Notes: generated from the sequence alone by a model not told the origin. Counted from the stretch's first letter, positions 9,026-18,887 are shown. The stretch is DNA of 64,000 nucleotides from Bosea vestrisii (GCF_030144325.1 NZ_CP126307.1:459748-523747), one strand, 5' to 3'. Numbers and translations: made by a program.

Positions 9026-11764
9026 ATGGCCAACAAGATGCTTATCGATGCCACCCACCCGGAAGAGACCCGGGTCGTGGTGTCCCGCGGCTCGCGCATT
9101 GAAGAATTCGATTTCGAATCTGCCAGCCGCAAGCCGCTCCGCGGCAATATCTACCTGGCGAAGGTGACGCGCGTGGAGCCCTCGCTCCAGGCCGCCTTCG
9201 TCGAATATGGCGGCAACCGCCACGGCTTCCTCGCCTTCTCCGAAATCCATCCGGACTACTATCAGATCCCGATCGCCGACCGGCAGGCGCTGCTCGCCGA
9301 GGATGCCCGCGCCGAGCGCGAGGAAGAGCATGACGAGGAAAAGCGCGAGCGCCGCGGCCGCCGGGGTCGACGCGACCGCGACAATCGCCCCAAGCGCACC
9401 GCCGAGGCCGGCGAGACGGTCAGCGCCGAGGTCGAGGCTCCCAACGGAACTGTCGAGACCGACGGCAAGGAAGCCGCCATGGTCAATGAAGGTGCGCCCG
9501 CCTTCGGCCAGTCCTTTGCGCCTGCCGTCGCCGAATCCGACAGCGAGAACGTCGTCGAGAACGCCGCGCCGCTGACCTTCGAGACCGTTGAGTCTTCCGC
9601 TTCGGAAGACGGTGGCGAAGAGGTGCAGGCCCGTCGCCCGTCGCATGACGACGAGAGCGGCGACGACGAGAATAGCGGCGAGGACGCCCAGGAGGAGCCT
9701 GAGCAGCTCGGCGGCGGCGACGCCCTCGACGACGTTGCCGAACGGCCGCATCGCCATTCGCGTCGCCAGTACAAGATCCAGGAGGTGATCAAGCGCCGCC
9801 AGATCATCCTGGTCCAGGTCGTCAAGGAAGAGCGGGGCAACAAGGGCGCGGCGCTAACCACCTATCTGTCGCTCGCCGGCCGCTATTCCGTGCTGATGCC
9901 GAACACCGGCAAGGGCGGCGGCATCTCGCGCAAGATCACCAATGCCGAAGACCGCAAGCGCCTGAAGGAGATCGCCCAGGAGCTCGAGGTGCCGGAGGGG
10001 ATGGGCATCATCCTGCGTACCGCCGGCGCCTCCCGCACCAAGCCGGAGATCAGGCGCGACTACGAATATCTGATGCGGATGTGGGAGAGCGTCAGGGAGC
10101 TCACCCTCGGCTCGGTCGCCCCGGCGCTGGTCTATGAGGAGGGCAACCTCGTCAAGCGCTCGATCCGCGACCTCTACAACAAGGATATCGACGAGGTTCA
10201 CGTCGCCGGCGAGAGCGCCTATCGCGAGGCGAAGGACTTCATGCGCATGCTCATGCCGAGCCATGCCAAGAGCGTGAAGCCCTATCGCGACCAGACCCCG
10301 CTCTTTGCCGCCTTCGGCGTCGAGAGCCAGCTCGACGCGATGTTCTCGAACACGGTGACGCTGAAGTCGGGCGGTTACATCGTCATCAACCAGACCGAGG
10401 CGCTGGTCGCGATCGACATCAACTCCGGGCGTTCGACCCGCGAGCACAACATCGAGGATACCGCCCTCAAGACCAATATCGAAGCGGCGGAGGAAATCTC
10501 CCGCCAGCTGCGCCTGCGCGACCTTGCCGGCCTCATCGTGATCGACTTCATCGACATGGAGGAGAACCGCAACAATCGCGCCGTCGAGAAGAAGCTCAAG
10601 GACTGCCTGAAGAACGACCGCGCCCGCATCCAGGTCGGCCGCATCTCGGCTTTCGGCCTATTGGAGATGTCGCGCCAGCGCATCCGCACCGGCGTGCTCG
10701 AGAGTTCCTCGGTGCCCTGCGCGCACTGCGCCGGCGCCGGCCTCGTCCGCTCGACATCCTCGATCGCGCTGCAGATCCTGCGCGCGCTCGAGGAGGCGCT
10801 GATCAAGAGCGCCTCGCATAACCTCGAGGTCCGCACCCGGCCGGAGGTCGCGCTCTACGTGCTCAACCAGAAGCGCGCCCATCTGCGCGACCTGGAGGAG
10901 CGTTTCAACATCGCCATCATCGTCTCGGCCGACGCGGCTCTGCTCGGCACCCGCTACTTCGAGGTCGAGCGCGGCGAGTTCGTCGGCAACGAGAACCGCG
11001 TCGTGCCGGGATCGAGCATGCGCGCCGAGGCGATCATCGACGAGCCGGAGGACGACGATATCGTCGAGGCTGAGGCCGATGTCGAGGTTGAAGCTGAGGT
11101 TGCGAGCGAGGTCGAAGGCGAGACCGCGGCCGAGCCGCGCGCTGCTGCCGAGGGCGAAAGCCAGGAGAGCCGCGACGGTCGTCGGCGGCGTCGGCGGCGG
11201 CGTCGGCGGCGTGGTGGCGAGCGCGACGGGCAGGATCCACAGGGCGCTGCCGAGGGCAGCGACCAGGCCGAGGGCGACGATGACGACTCGGACGAGGGCG
11301 CTGCTCCGGCTCCCGTCACGGTTGCCACCGAGGAGGCAAGCCCGGCCGTGACCGAAGCGCCTGCTTCGGAATCCGAGGCCAAGCCGAAGCGCGCGCGCCG
11401 CGGTCGTGCCAAGAAGGCCGAAGCGGAGGCTGAGACCGTCGAAGCCCCCAAGGAAGCTGCAAAGGCAGTCGAAAGCACGGACGAGAGCGTCACCGAACCG
11501 GCCGAGAAGCCGAAGCGCAGCCGCTCGCGCAAGAAGGTCGTGCCGATCACCGAGGACGGCATCGCTGCCGTTCCTGCCGAACCGTCAGCCGCCCCCAAGC
11601 CGACCAAAGCCGCAGCCCCTCAGCCGGAGCCTGTTGCCGAGGAGCAGCCCGCCCCGCCTGCACCACGCATAGTCGAGGAGCCGGTCGCAGTCGTGCTGAC
11701 GCAACCGGATCCGGACCGGCCCAAGCGCGGCGGCTGGTGGAACAAGCTGGCCGGGCGCAAGTAG
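9026..11764 (+). CDS. rne: Ribonuclease E
   Basis: Start MANKMLIDATHPEETRVVVSRGSRIEEFDFESASRKPLRGNIYLAKVTRVEPSLQAAFVEYGG... (S1 domain), then a catalytic domain (...LVAIDINSGRST...). A long acidic insertion sits inside the S1 region. The C-terminal half is Arg/Pro-rich scaffold, including RRRRRRRRRRRGGERDG. Confidence 0.9.
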   Translation: MANKMLIDATHPEETRVVVSRGSRIEEFDFESASRKPLRGNIYLAKVTRVEPSLQAAFVEYGGNRHGFLAFSEIHPDYYQIPIADRQALLAEDARAEREEEHDEEKRERRGRRGRRDRDNRPKRTAEAGETVSAEVEAPNGTVETDGKEAAMVNEGAPAFGQSFAPAVAESDSENVVENAAPLTFETVESSASEDGGEEVQARRPSHDDESGDDENSGEDAQEEPEQLGGGDALDDVAERPHRHSRRQYKIQEVIKRRQIILVQVVKEERGNKGAALTTYLSLAGRYSVLMPNTGKGGGISRKITNAEDRKRLKEIAQELEVPEGMGIILRTAGASRTKPEIRRDYEYLMRMWESVRELTLGSVAPALVYEEGNLVKRSIRDLYNKDIDEVHVAGESAYREAKDFMRMLMPSHAKSVKPYRDQTPLFAAFGVESQLDAMFSNTVTLKSGGYIVINQTEALVAIDINSGRSTREHNIEDTALKTNIEAAEEISRQLRLRDLAGLIVIDFIDMEENRNNRAVEKKLKDCLKNDRARIQVGRISAFGLLEMSRQRIRTGVLESSSVPCAHCAGAGLVRSTSSIALQILRALEEALIKSASHNLEVRTRPEVALYVLNQKRAHLRDLEERFNIAIIVSADAALLGTRYFEVERGEFVGNENRVVPGSSMRAEAIIDEPEDDDIVEAEADVEVEAEVASEVEGETAAEPRAAAEGESQESRDGRRRRRRRRRRRGGERDGQDPQGAAEGSDQAEGDDDDSDEGAAPAPVTVATEEASPAVTEAPASESEAKPKRARRGRAKKAEAEAETVEAPKEAAKAVESTDESVTEPAEKPKRSRSRKKVVPITEDGIAAVPAEPSAAPKPTKAAAPQPEPVAEEQPAPPAPRIVEEPVAVVLTQPDPDRPKRGGWWNKLAGRK

Positions 11765-11770
11765 AATCGG

Positions 11771-11802
11771 GGCCGTCGCGAGCGATCGCGGCGGCCTTTT
11801 TC
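11771..11802 (+). terminator. Rho-independent terminator downstream of rne
   Basis: GGCCGTCGCGA-GCGA-TCGCGGCGGCC hairpin (one mismatch) followed by TTTTT, 7 nt after the rne stop. Confidence 0.5.
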
Positions 11803-11818
11803 ATGTTGGGGAGGAAGG

Positions 11819-12193
11819 ATGCGGCCGCCGCGAAGCCGTGAGCGCCTGGTGGTGAGGACGATCGCCTGCATTGGCCTGCTCAGTCTTGCCTGGCTCGCCC
11901 AGCAGACGATCGGCTGGCTCGGCGTCGGCCTGCTCGGCCTGTTCACCCTCTTCGTCGCGGTGCGCTACGAGTTGGAAGGCAACCTGCCGGTCGGCCCGCA
12001 GATGACGCCCGACCTCTATGCCAGCCAGTTCCACAAGCATGGCCGCGAGCATGAAGTCGAACGCGCCGGCCAGCGCCATGAATGGGCGGGCCAGCTCTCT
12101 GCCGCCCGTCTCGCCGCCGGCATCGGTGCCCTGCTTGCGCTGGTCGGCTTCGGCTTCTTCTTCATGCTGGATTTCGGCCACCAGCCCGGGTGA
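11819..12193 (+). CDS. Hypothetical small membrane protein (2 predicted TM helices)
   Basis: 124-aa ORF preceded by a strong SD (GGGGAGGAAGG) 4 nt upstream. Hydrophobic helices IACIGLLSLAWLAQQTIGWLGVGLLGLFTLFVAV and AAGIGALLALVGFGFFFML. No recognised family. Confidence 0.45.
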   Translation: MRPPRSRERLVVRTIACIGLLSLAWLAQQTIGWLGVGLLGLFTLFVAVRYELEGNLPVGPQMTPDLYASQFHKHGREHEVERAGQRHEWAGQLSAARLAAGIGALLALVGFGFFFMLDFGHQPG

Positions 12194-12214
12194 GCCACTT
12201 GGTCCGGTCGAGTT

Positions 12215-14461
12215 TTACTCCGCCGCCGGCGCGAGCGGGGTCGGCGGCGGCACGGCCGCGATCGCCGCGGCGGCGCTCTTGCCGGCCCCCTCCTTGACCG
12301 TGACCGCATTGGAGGCAAACGGCACCTCCGCCTCGTTCAGTCCGCGATAGACCCGCTTCAGCGCCTCGCGCTGCAGCATCGAGGCCTGGTTCGGCTTGCC
12401 GGTGAACTTCAACCGGATCACGACCGCTGAATCGGTGATGTCGGCGACGCCCTGCATCTTGAGTTGGGTGATGAAATGCGACCCGAACTCGGGATCCTCC
12501 AGCAACGCCAGTCCGATCTTCTTGATCGTCTTGCGCGCCTTCTCGATATCGGCGGAATGGTCGAGGCGAACGTTGAACTTGACCGTCGCCCAGTCGCGGC
12601 TGGCATTGGTCAGCGACTGGACCTGGCCGAACGGGACGGTGTGGATCTGTCCGCTCTGGTGGCGTAGCTGCATCGAACGCAGCGAGATCTTCTCGACCGT
12701 ACCCTTGAGCCGGCCGGTGTCGACATATTCGCCGACACGGAAGGCATCCTCGAGCATGAAGAAGAAGCCGGAGACGATGTCGCGGACCAGCGCCTGCGAA
12801 CCGAAGGAAACAGCGAGGCCGAGGATGCTGAAGGCCGCCAGCAGCGGGCCGATGTCGACGCCGAGGCGCGATAGCAGGACGAGCCCGGTCAGGCCGAACA
12901 CGGCGGTGAGAACCACGCCGCGCAGGATCGGCATCACGGTCGCCAGTCGTGACGGCACATGGTCGTGCGGAACCGCATCCTCATCGGCCGGACCTGCTGC
13001 GGCCGGGCGCGGCGCATAGGCGTCGAAGAAGCTGCGCAGGAAGACGATAGCCACCCAGCCGCCGAAGGCGAGCACCGCGACCCCGCCAGCCTGGCGCATC
13101 AACACGGCGAACTGGTCGGAGCTGACGCCGAACAGAAAGCCGGCCCAGAGCCGCGCCAGCAGGTAGAAGCCGCCGGCCCAGATCGCGCCGCCGGCAGCAG
13201 CTCGCAGGGCATGGCCGATCGCGAGCGAGAGCGGCGCGATCTCGCCCATCGCCGCCGCATGCGCCTGCCGGCAGGCCATCAAGCTGGTGACGCCAACCGC
13301 CAGGATCGGCGCCAGCACGATGATGAACTGCGTCAGTGCGGCAGCTTCCGCCCAGCGCGCCCCACCCTCCATCATCGAGGATGCATTGCCGACCATCCAG
13401 ATCAGCACGGCGAGCGCGGCATAGAGCCAACCCGTCGTCAGGGCGATCACGCGGCGCGCCGGCCGAGGTTCATGCGCGGAATGGAGAATCAATGCCGCGA
13501 GGTCGTGCCGCGCATCGATGAACCACCAGACCTTGAACAAGGTCGAGACAATGCCGACCAAAGCGAACAGCCCGACGACGGCTCCGGGGCCGGTGGCATG
13601 CTGGATCGACACCGTCGCCGTCAGCAGGACGGGCGTGAGAATGCCGAAGAAGATCAGGAATTTGAAGGCCCGCTCGGCCCGCGGCAGCGGCATGACCCGA
13701 CGTTCCGGGGCGCCGGGAGCGAGCAGGAAGCGTCCGAGGACCAGGTATCCGGCGCCAATGGTGAGGCCGTTGGCGATCGTGCGCAGCACCATGTGGGCGA
13801 GGTCGGGCTCCGGCAGCCAGAATCTGCGCACCGCATGCAGCACTGCGAGCCAGAGCCCGAGCGTCGCCAGATCCTGCAGCAAGCCCCAGGAGGACGCGAT
13901 CAGGCGCGGGGTGAACTCCGGCCCTTCCGGCCGCAGCCGGCGTGTGAACCAACTTTTGGTCGCGAATCGGAACAGCCCGGCCACGGCAAACGCGAGTACA
14001 AGGCCTACTGCAAGCCACCAGCCGGCCGAACCATTGCGATTCTGCGCCCAGGCGGTGCGCCAGGCGTCCGGTGTCTGGGCAAGGCGCGGCACTGCGGCGA
14101 GGCCTTGCGACACGCCATCGACGAAATGATCCCAGAATGCCTCGGCCGGGGTTTCATCCTCTGCCGGAGGGCTGCTCGACGATGCCGGCGTCGCCGCACC
14201 TGCCACTGCAGATGCCGGTGCCGCAGGAGCGGAAGCTGCTTCGCCCTTGCCGGCGATCCGGATTTCGACCTTGCGTCCGCCAGTCGACAGGGCATCGACA
14301 AGCTTGCGCACGGTTTCAGGTGTCTCATCGCCGCGCAAGGTCAGCACGGGTGATGAATCCGCCTTGGCATGCTGTGCCGCCACCGGGCGCGGGGCAACGC
14401 CAGCCAACAACGCCGCCCCGCACAGCGCCATGGCTCTCAGCCAATTCCGCATTGCGACCAT
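12215..14461 (-). CDS. Mechanosensitive ion channel, MscS family (MscK/KefA-like large form with periplasmic N-domain)
   Basis: The C-terminal MscS domain reads ...LLAAFSILGLAVSFGSQALVRDIVSGFFFMLEDAFRVGEYVDTGRLKGTVEKISLRSMQLRHQSGQIHTVPFGQV... with multiple TM helices upstream. Start placed at ATG 14461 (MVAMRNWLRAMALCGAALLAGVAPRPVAAQ, a signal peptide). Confidence 0.85.
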   Translation of the reverse strand: MVAMRNWLRAMALCGAALLAGVAPRPVAAQHAKADSSPVLTLRGDETPETVRKLVDALSTGGRKVEIRIAGKGEAASAPAAPASAVAGAATPASSSSPPAEDETPAEAFWDHFVDGVSQGLAAVPRLAQTPDAWRTAWAQNRNGSAGWWLAVGLVLAFAVAGLFRFATKSWFTRRLRPEGPEFTPRLIASSWGLLQDLATLGLWLAVLHAVRRFWLPEPDLAHMVLRTIANGLTIGAGYLVLGRFLLAPGAPERRVMPLPRAERAFKFLIFFGILTPVLLTATVSIQHATGPGAVVGLFALVGIVSTLFKVWWFIDARHDLAALILHSAHEPRPARRVIALTTGWLYAALAVLIWMVGNASSMMEGGARWAEAAALTQFIIVLAPILAVGVTSLMACRQAHAAAMGEIAPLSLAIGHALRAAAGGAIWAGGFYLLARLWAGFLFGVSSDQFAVLMRQAGGVAVLAFGGWVAIVFLRSFFDAYAPRPAAAGPADEDAVPHDHVPSRLATVMPILRGVVLTAVFGLTGLVLLSRLGVDIGPLLAAFSILGLAVSFGSQALVRDIVSGFFFMLEDAFRVGEYVDTGRLKGTVEKISLRSMQLRHQSGQIHTVPFGQVQSLTNASRDWATVKFNVRLDHSADIEKARKTIKKIGLALLEDPEFGSHFITQLKMQGVADITDSAVVIRLKFTGKPNQASMLQREALKRVYRGLNEAEVPFASNAVTVKEGAGKSAAAAIAAVPPPTPLAPAAE

Positions 14462-14520
14462 GTCCTGCCCCCAAGCCGGATCAGATTGAGTCCGCCGCGT
14501 CGCCTTGGCAAGCACTCGCT

Positions 14521-15711
14521 TCAGCGCGTCTTCAGCCAGCGCCCCAGGCGCGCCACCGCCTCCTCGCATTCGGCCAGAGAGCCGGCGAAGGAAAGCCTGA
14601 CGGTCCGCGCCCCGCGCTCCTCGTCGAAATCGAGCCCGGGCGTGATCGCGACGCCGGCATTCTCCAGAGCATCGCGGCAGAAGCTCATGGAATCATTCGA
14701 ATATCGCCCGATGTCCAGATAAATGTAGAAGGCCCCGTCGACGGGGAGGAAGTCGCCGAGCCCGATCTCCGGCAGCGCCTTGAGCAAGTAGGCCCGGTTC
14801 TCGGCGTAGCCAGTCTTGATCGCCTCACATTCCGCGGTCGCATCGAAAGCGGCCTCGCCCGCGACCTGGCTCAGCATCGGCACCGAGATCGAGAAATTCT
14901 GCTGCAGCCGCTCGATCGTACGCACCAGCCGCTCCGGCACCACCAGCCAGCCGACCCGCCAGCCGGTCATGCAATAGTACTTGGAGAAGGAACTGACGAC
15001 GATCGTGTCCGGGTCGGCGGCGAGCGCCGTCGTCGCCGGCCGCTCATAGGTCAGGCCGTGATAGATCTCGTCGGAGATGTACCAGAGTCCGAGCCGCCGG
15101 CATTCGGCCGCGACCGAGGCAATCGCCTCGGGGGCCATCACCACGCTTGTCGGATTGGCCGGGCTCATCGTCAGCACGCCGGCGAGCGGCTTCTCGGCAT
15201 GCGCGCCGGCGATCAGCTCCGGCGTCAACGCATAGCGCGTCTCCGGCCCGACCGGGATCGCGACCGGCTCCAGGCCAAGCGCGATCAGGATGTTGCGATA
15301 GGCCGGATAGCCCGGCGCAGTGATGGCGATGCGCGCTCCCGGTTCGAAACAGGCAAGGAAGCTCAGGATGAAGCCGCCGGAGGAGCCGGTCGTGACGACG
15401 ACGCGCTCGGCCGGCACCTCGACGCCATAGCGCTCGCGATAATGCCGGGCGATCCGAGCCCGGAGCGAGCCGATGCCGAGTGCCTGGGTATAGCCGATGC
15501 GGCCATCCTCCAGCGCCCGTGCCGCGGCCGCCCGGATACTGTCCGGCGTCGCCGCTGAAGGCTGGCCAACCTCCATATGGATGACAGAGCCGCCGCGCTG
15601 CTCGATCGCCTCGGCTGCGTTCATCACGTCCATGACGATGAAGGGCGAAACGGCCTGCGCCCGCTGGGCAGGCTTCGGCGCCGGCGGCAGGCCGGAAGCG
15701 GCGATGGTCAT
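14521..15711 (-). CDS. PLP-dependent aminotransferase, class I/II (aspartate/aromatic aminotransferase-like)
   Basis: ...IVVSSFSKYYCMTGWRVGWLVVPERL... (SxSK PLP-lysine motif) in a fold-type I layout; ~397 aa from ATG 15711. Confidence 0.85.
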   Translation of the reverse strand: MTIAASGLPPAPKPAQRAQAVSPFIVMDVMNAAEAIEQRGGSVIHMEVGQPSAATPDSIRAAAARALEDGRIGYTQALGIGSLRARIARHYRERYGVEVPAERVVVTTGSSGGFILSFLACFEPGARIAITAPGYPAYRNILIALGLEPVAIPVGPETRYALTPELIAGAHAEKPLAGVLTMSPANPTSVVMAPEAIASVAAECRRLGLWYISDEIYHGLTYERPATTALAADPDTIVVSSFSKYYCMTGWRVGWLVVPERLVRTIERLQQNFSISVPMLSQVAGEAAFDATAECEAIKTGYAENRAYLLKALPEIGLGDFLPVDGAFYIYLDIGRYSNDSMSFCRDALENAGVAITPGLDFDEERGARTVRLSFAGSLAECEEAVARLGRWLKTR

Positions 15712-15775
15712 GGCATCCTCGGGTCGCAATCGCATTTCCTGAGCCATGCCCCGCGAGCACGCCGACCGCAAGCCG

Positions 15776-16342
15776 CTAGAGATCGAGACCAGCTTGTCGC
15801 AAAGGCAGGGCCCGTGCGCTCTCGCCGGATCTCAGCTCGCTATGACGCACGATCGCGGCGCTCATGCTGACCCGGTAGCGCTCGCTCAGCGCGGTCGCGT
15901 CGAGCTCACGTACCACCGGCGTATCCGGAATCAGGAACGCCGCCGCATAGCGCCGCGCCTGATATTCCATCGACCGGAGCCGCGCCGAAACCCGCTCGGC
16001 TCGTCCGCCAGCCGGTGCACGGTTGAGATTGCCGTCATGGCCGAGCAGTGCGTGGCCGACCTCGTGTGCGACCGTCATCAGCGCCCTGCCCCCGCCGCGA
16101 TCGGCGGCCTGGAGCACGCTTTCCGGGATCAGCAGGCGCTTCCCCAGCGAATCCCACTGCGCCTCGGCCTCGCCAAGCGAACCATCGGGCACCTGCTCGT
16201 AGGAGAACTCCGGGTAGCGCGCCTTTAGCCTGGCCAGCAGCGTCATGGCATCGACGGCCTGATCGTCAGAAAAGCCGAGTCCGCGCCGATGCGCCAGGGC
16301 GCGGGCGTCGATCTGGGCGTCGGTGAGGAAGGCATGGCGCAT
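15776..16342 (-). CDS. ImmA/IrrE family metallo-endopeptidase (COG2856-like), stand-alone
   Basis: HEXXH motif in VAHEVGHALLGH with a downstream EYQARRYAAAFLIP, the COG2856 E...A.FA..LL.P motif. Start ATG 16342 is preceded by an AGGAGG SD. No adjacent XRE/HTH partner gene. Confidence 0.65.
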   Translation of the reverse strand: MRHAFLTDAQIDARALAHRRGLGFSDDQAVDAMTLLARLKARYPEFSYEQVPDGSLGEAEAQWDSLGKRLLIPESVLQAADRGGGRALMTVAHEVGHALLGHDGNLNRAPAGGRAERVSARLRSMEYQARRYAAAFLIPDTPVVRELDATALSERYRVSMSAAIVRHSELRSGESARALPLRQAGLDL

Positions 16343-16462
16343 CGGCAGGCCTCCTGAGCCCACCGATCATAGCCCTCCTGCCATGTCGCCTCAATGAAGG
16401 CAGCGCGCCTTGCGTTCAGACGGGTTGGTTGAACGACAAGGAGCCGCGCCAATCAGGAGACG

Positions 16463-17431
16463 TCAGCTCGCCAGGATCGCCTCGACGATCTCCTGCACGT
16501 TGAGCGCCTCTTCCAGCGTCGCCAGCTGATGCGCCTCTCCGCGCGCAAGCTTCGCCACGCCTTCAAGCTGCCGCTTCAGCGCGACCGGCCGTGCCTCAAG
16601 CTGTGTCAACGCATCGGGAGCGCGCTGCCAGGCCCCGTCCGGCTGGCGCTGCTCGGCCAGCGACCAGTCACACAGCCGGACCGCTCCGCCCGCGCCTTCC
16701 AGCATCCAGATGTTGTGATCGTCCTTCTGGGTTGTGCCGACGTTGCCGGTGAGCGTCACCGGGATATCGCCGGCCATCAGGCGCGCCTCGATCCGGCGCT
16801 CCGACTTGCCCGCCTCCGGGAAGGAGGCGCTCGCCTGCAGGCCATGCAGCGCCCCGCCGAGCCGGCGGCTCAGGAAGAGGAAGTGCGAGACGACCTCGCG
16901 GGTGAAACCGCCCTGCTCGCGCCGGTCGAGCCAGCCGGCCGCATCGGCCTGCCAGGAGCGCGGCCAGGTCGCGAAGGCGACCTCGATCGAAATCCGACGA
17001 TTTTTGTCGACAACCCCGGCCTCGATCCAATCCTGCAATTGCGCAATCGCAGGCGACGAGGCGAAGGGGAAATTGACTGCGCCGCGCGCTCCCGCCTCGG
17101 CGACGAAAGCGCGGGAATCGGCGACGTCGATCGCGAGCGGCTTCTCGCAGAAGATTGTTCTGCCGGCCGCGAGCGAGGCGCGCGCATGGCCGAGATGCGA
17201 AGCCGGCGGCGAGGCTATATAGACGCAGTCGCTCGCCGCGATCACCGCGGCGGCGTCGGCCAATCGCGCGACCTGCGGCAGCTCCTGCGCGATGCGGGCC
17301 ATGGCCTGCCCTGATGGGTCCCAGATCCCGGTGGCGCGCACGAGCTCGGGCGATTGCGCCAGGATCGCGCGCAGCATGCGCTCACCCATGATGCCGGCGC
17401 CGATCAGGCCGATGGAAACGGGTTCGGACAT
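16463..17431 (-). CDS. Gfo/Idh/MocA family oxidoreductase
   Basis: N-terminal Rossmann motif SIGLIGAGIMGERMLRAIL with the typical ~320-aa layout; start at ATG 17431. Confidence 0.8.
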   Translation of the reverse strand: MSEPVSIGLIGAGIMGERMLRAILAQSPELVRATGIWDPSGQAMARIAQELPQVARLADAAAVIAASDCVYIASPPASHLGHARASLAAGRTIFCEKPLAIDVADSRAFVAEAGARGAVNFPFASSPAIAQLQDWIEAGVVDKNRRISIEVAFATWPRSWQADAAGWLDRREQGGFTREVVSHFLFLSRRLGGALHGLQASASFPEAGKSERRIEARLMAGDIPVTLTGNVGTTQKDDHNIWMLEGAGGAVRLCDWSLAEQRQPDGAWQRAPDALTQLEARPVALKRQLEGVAKLARGEAHQLATLEEALNVQEIVEAILAS

Positions 17432-17489
17432 GGAAGTTCTCTCATCGCGAAGGACGGAGTGCCGCATAGCAGCTCACCGGCGGACGCGG

Positions 17490-18716
17490 CTAGCCCGCCA
17501 GACGCTCGCCGCTCTCGCCTAACTCGACCCGGTTCCGGCCCGAGGCCTTGCCGGCGTAGAGCGCCGCATCGGCACGCCGATAGAGATCGACGGCCGTCTC
17601 CTTCCCGTCGAAGCCGACGGCCCCCATGCTGACGGTGATGTATTGCGCCGTCGGCGAGGCCGCGTGCTCGATCCTGAGCTCGGCGATCGCCTGCGCCACC
17701 TGCTCCAGCCGCTCCTGCGCCTTCTCCGGCGTGGTGTCGTAGAGGAACAGGCCGAATTCCTCGCCGCCCAGCCGCCCGACCATATCCATCGGCCGGCGCA
17801 GCGTGCCGTCGACGGCGCGGGCGATCAGCGCCAGCGCGATGTCGCCGGCCTGATGTCCGTAACGGTCATTGTAGCGCTTGAAATGGTCGACATCGAGCAC
17901 CGCGAAGACAACCGGCACGCGGTCGCGCCGCGCCTGCAGGAGCGCCATGGCGACATGCTCCTCGAAGCCGCGCCGGTTGGCGATTCCGGTCAGCGCATCC
18001 GACATCGCCCGGCTGTGCAGCATGCGGCGCAGCAGGAACTGGTCGCGCTCTGCCCGTTCTCGCAACCAGGCGCCGACCGCGCTGACGAAGACAGCGAAGA
18101 ACAGCAGGATCGACAGCCGGCCATGTTCGGCCAGTTGCAACGGCTCGAGCATGACGAAGCCGAGCGCGGCGGTGAACATGGCGATCAGCAAGGCAACGCC
18201 GAGGCTCTGCAGGAAGGTCAGCCCGACGGGCAAGAACACCGCGGCGATGATCACGAGCTGGGCGATGTCCGCCTGCGGCAGGCCGCGCAGCTTGTACATG
18301 TTGGCGATGAAGGCGCAGGTTACGCCGATCAGCGCCAGCGCCAGCATGGTGAGATGGTGAAAGGAGCGCGCTTGCCGGTTGCGGCGCACGATCCAGACCA
18401 GCCGCAGGATCACGGCGAGCGTACCGAGCCGGAGCGCGATGCCGATCACGACCGAACCGTCTCCGCTTGCTATCGTGGCGAGATCGTCCAGCCGCGTCAG
18501 GTCGAGCCCGATGAAGGTCAGCCAGATGCCGAGCGCCGTGATCAGGCAGACCAGCGTGCTGCTGCGCTGGCCGGCGCGCATGTGCTGCCGATACTCACGT
18601 TCCAGCGTCGGCTCGAAACAGAGGCCGTCGAAACGACGCGCTGGCGCCGCGCTGCTCGGCGCTTCGCTCGCCGGTTCGGCGTGCCTGGAGATCGGATCGT
18701 GGCGTAGGGCGTGCAC
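17490..18716 (-). CDS. Diguanylate cyclase (GGDEF domain) with N-terminal multi-TM sensor region
   Basis: C-terminal ...ALTGIANRRGFEEHV...VFAVLDVDHFKRYNDRYGHQAGDIALALIARAV...RLGGEEFGLFL... (active-site GGEEF). Five to six hydrophobic helices lie upstream. Confidence 0.85.
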   Translation of the reverse strand: MHALRHDPISRHAEPASEAPSSAAPARRFDGLCFEPTLEREYRQHMRAGQRSSTLVCLITALGIWLTFIGLDLTRLDDLATIASGDGSVVIGIALRLGTLAVILRLVWIVRRNRQARSFHHLTMLALALIGVTCAFIANMYKLRGLPQADIAQLVIIAAVFLPVGLTFLQSLGVALLIAMFTAALGFVMLEPLQLAEHGRLSILLFFAVFVSAVGAWLRERAERDQFLLRRMLHSRAMSDALTGIANRRGFEEHVAMALLQARRDRVPVVFAVLDVDHFKRYNDRYGHQAGDIALALIARAVDGTLRRPMDMVGRLGGEEFGLFLYDTTPEKAQERLEQVAQAIAELRIEHAASPTAQYITVSMGAVGFDGKETAVDLYRRADAALYAGKASGRNRVELGESGERLAG

Positions 18717-18887
18717 GCGCAGGAAGATGGCTGCGACACACTAATTTCGCTTTGACGCATCACCCGCGACACACAGCTTTCGCCGCACAGGGTTTCGCAT
18801 CCCTGTTTGGAATCCAGTGCATTTGAATCAGCCCACGGCCGTAGGGGCGCTTGACCCTCCATCAGGTGGAGACGCTAGGACGGTTCC

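Noticed and set aside
8939-9757. 272-aa minus-strand ORF overlapping the rne start and 5' region
   Set aside because: It is antisense to the conserved RNase E S1 domain and has no coding character.
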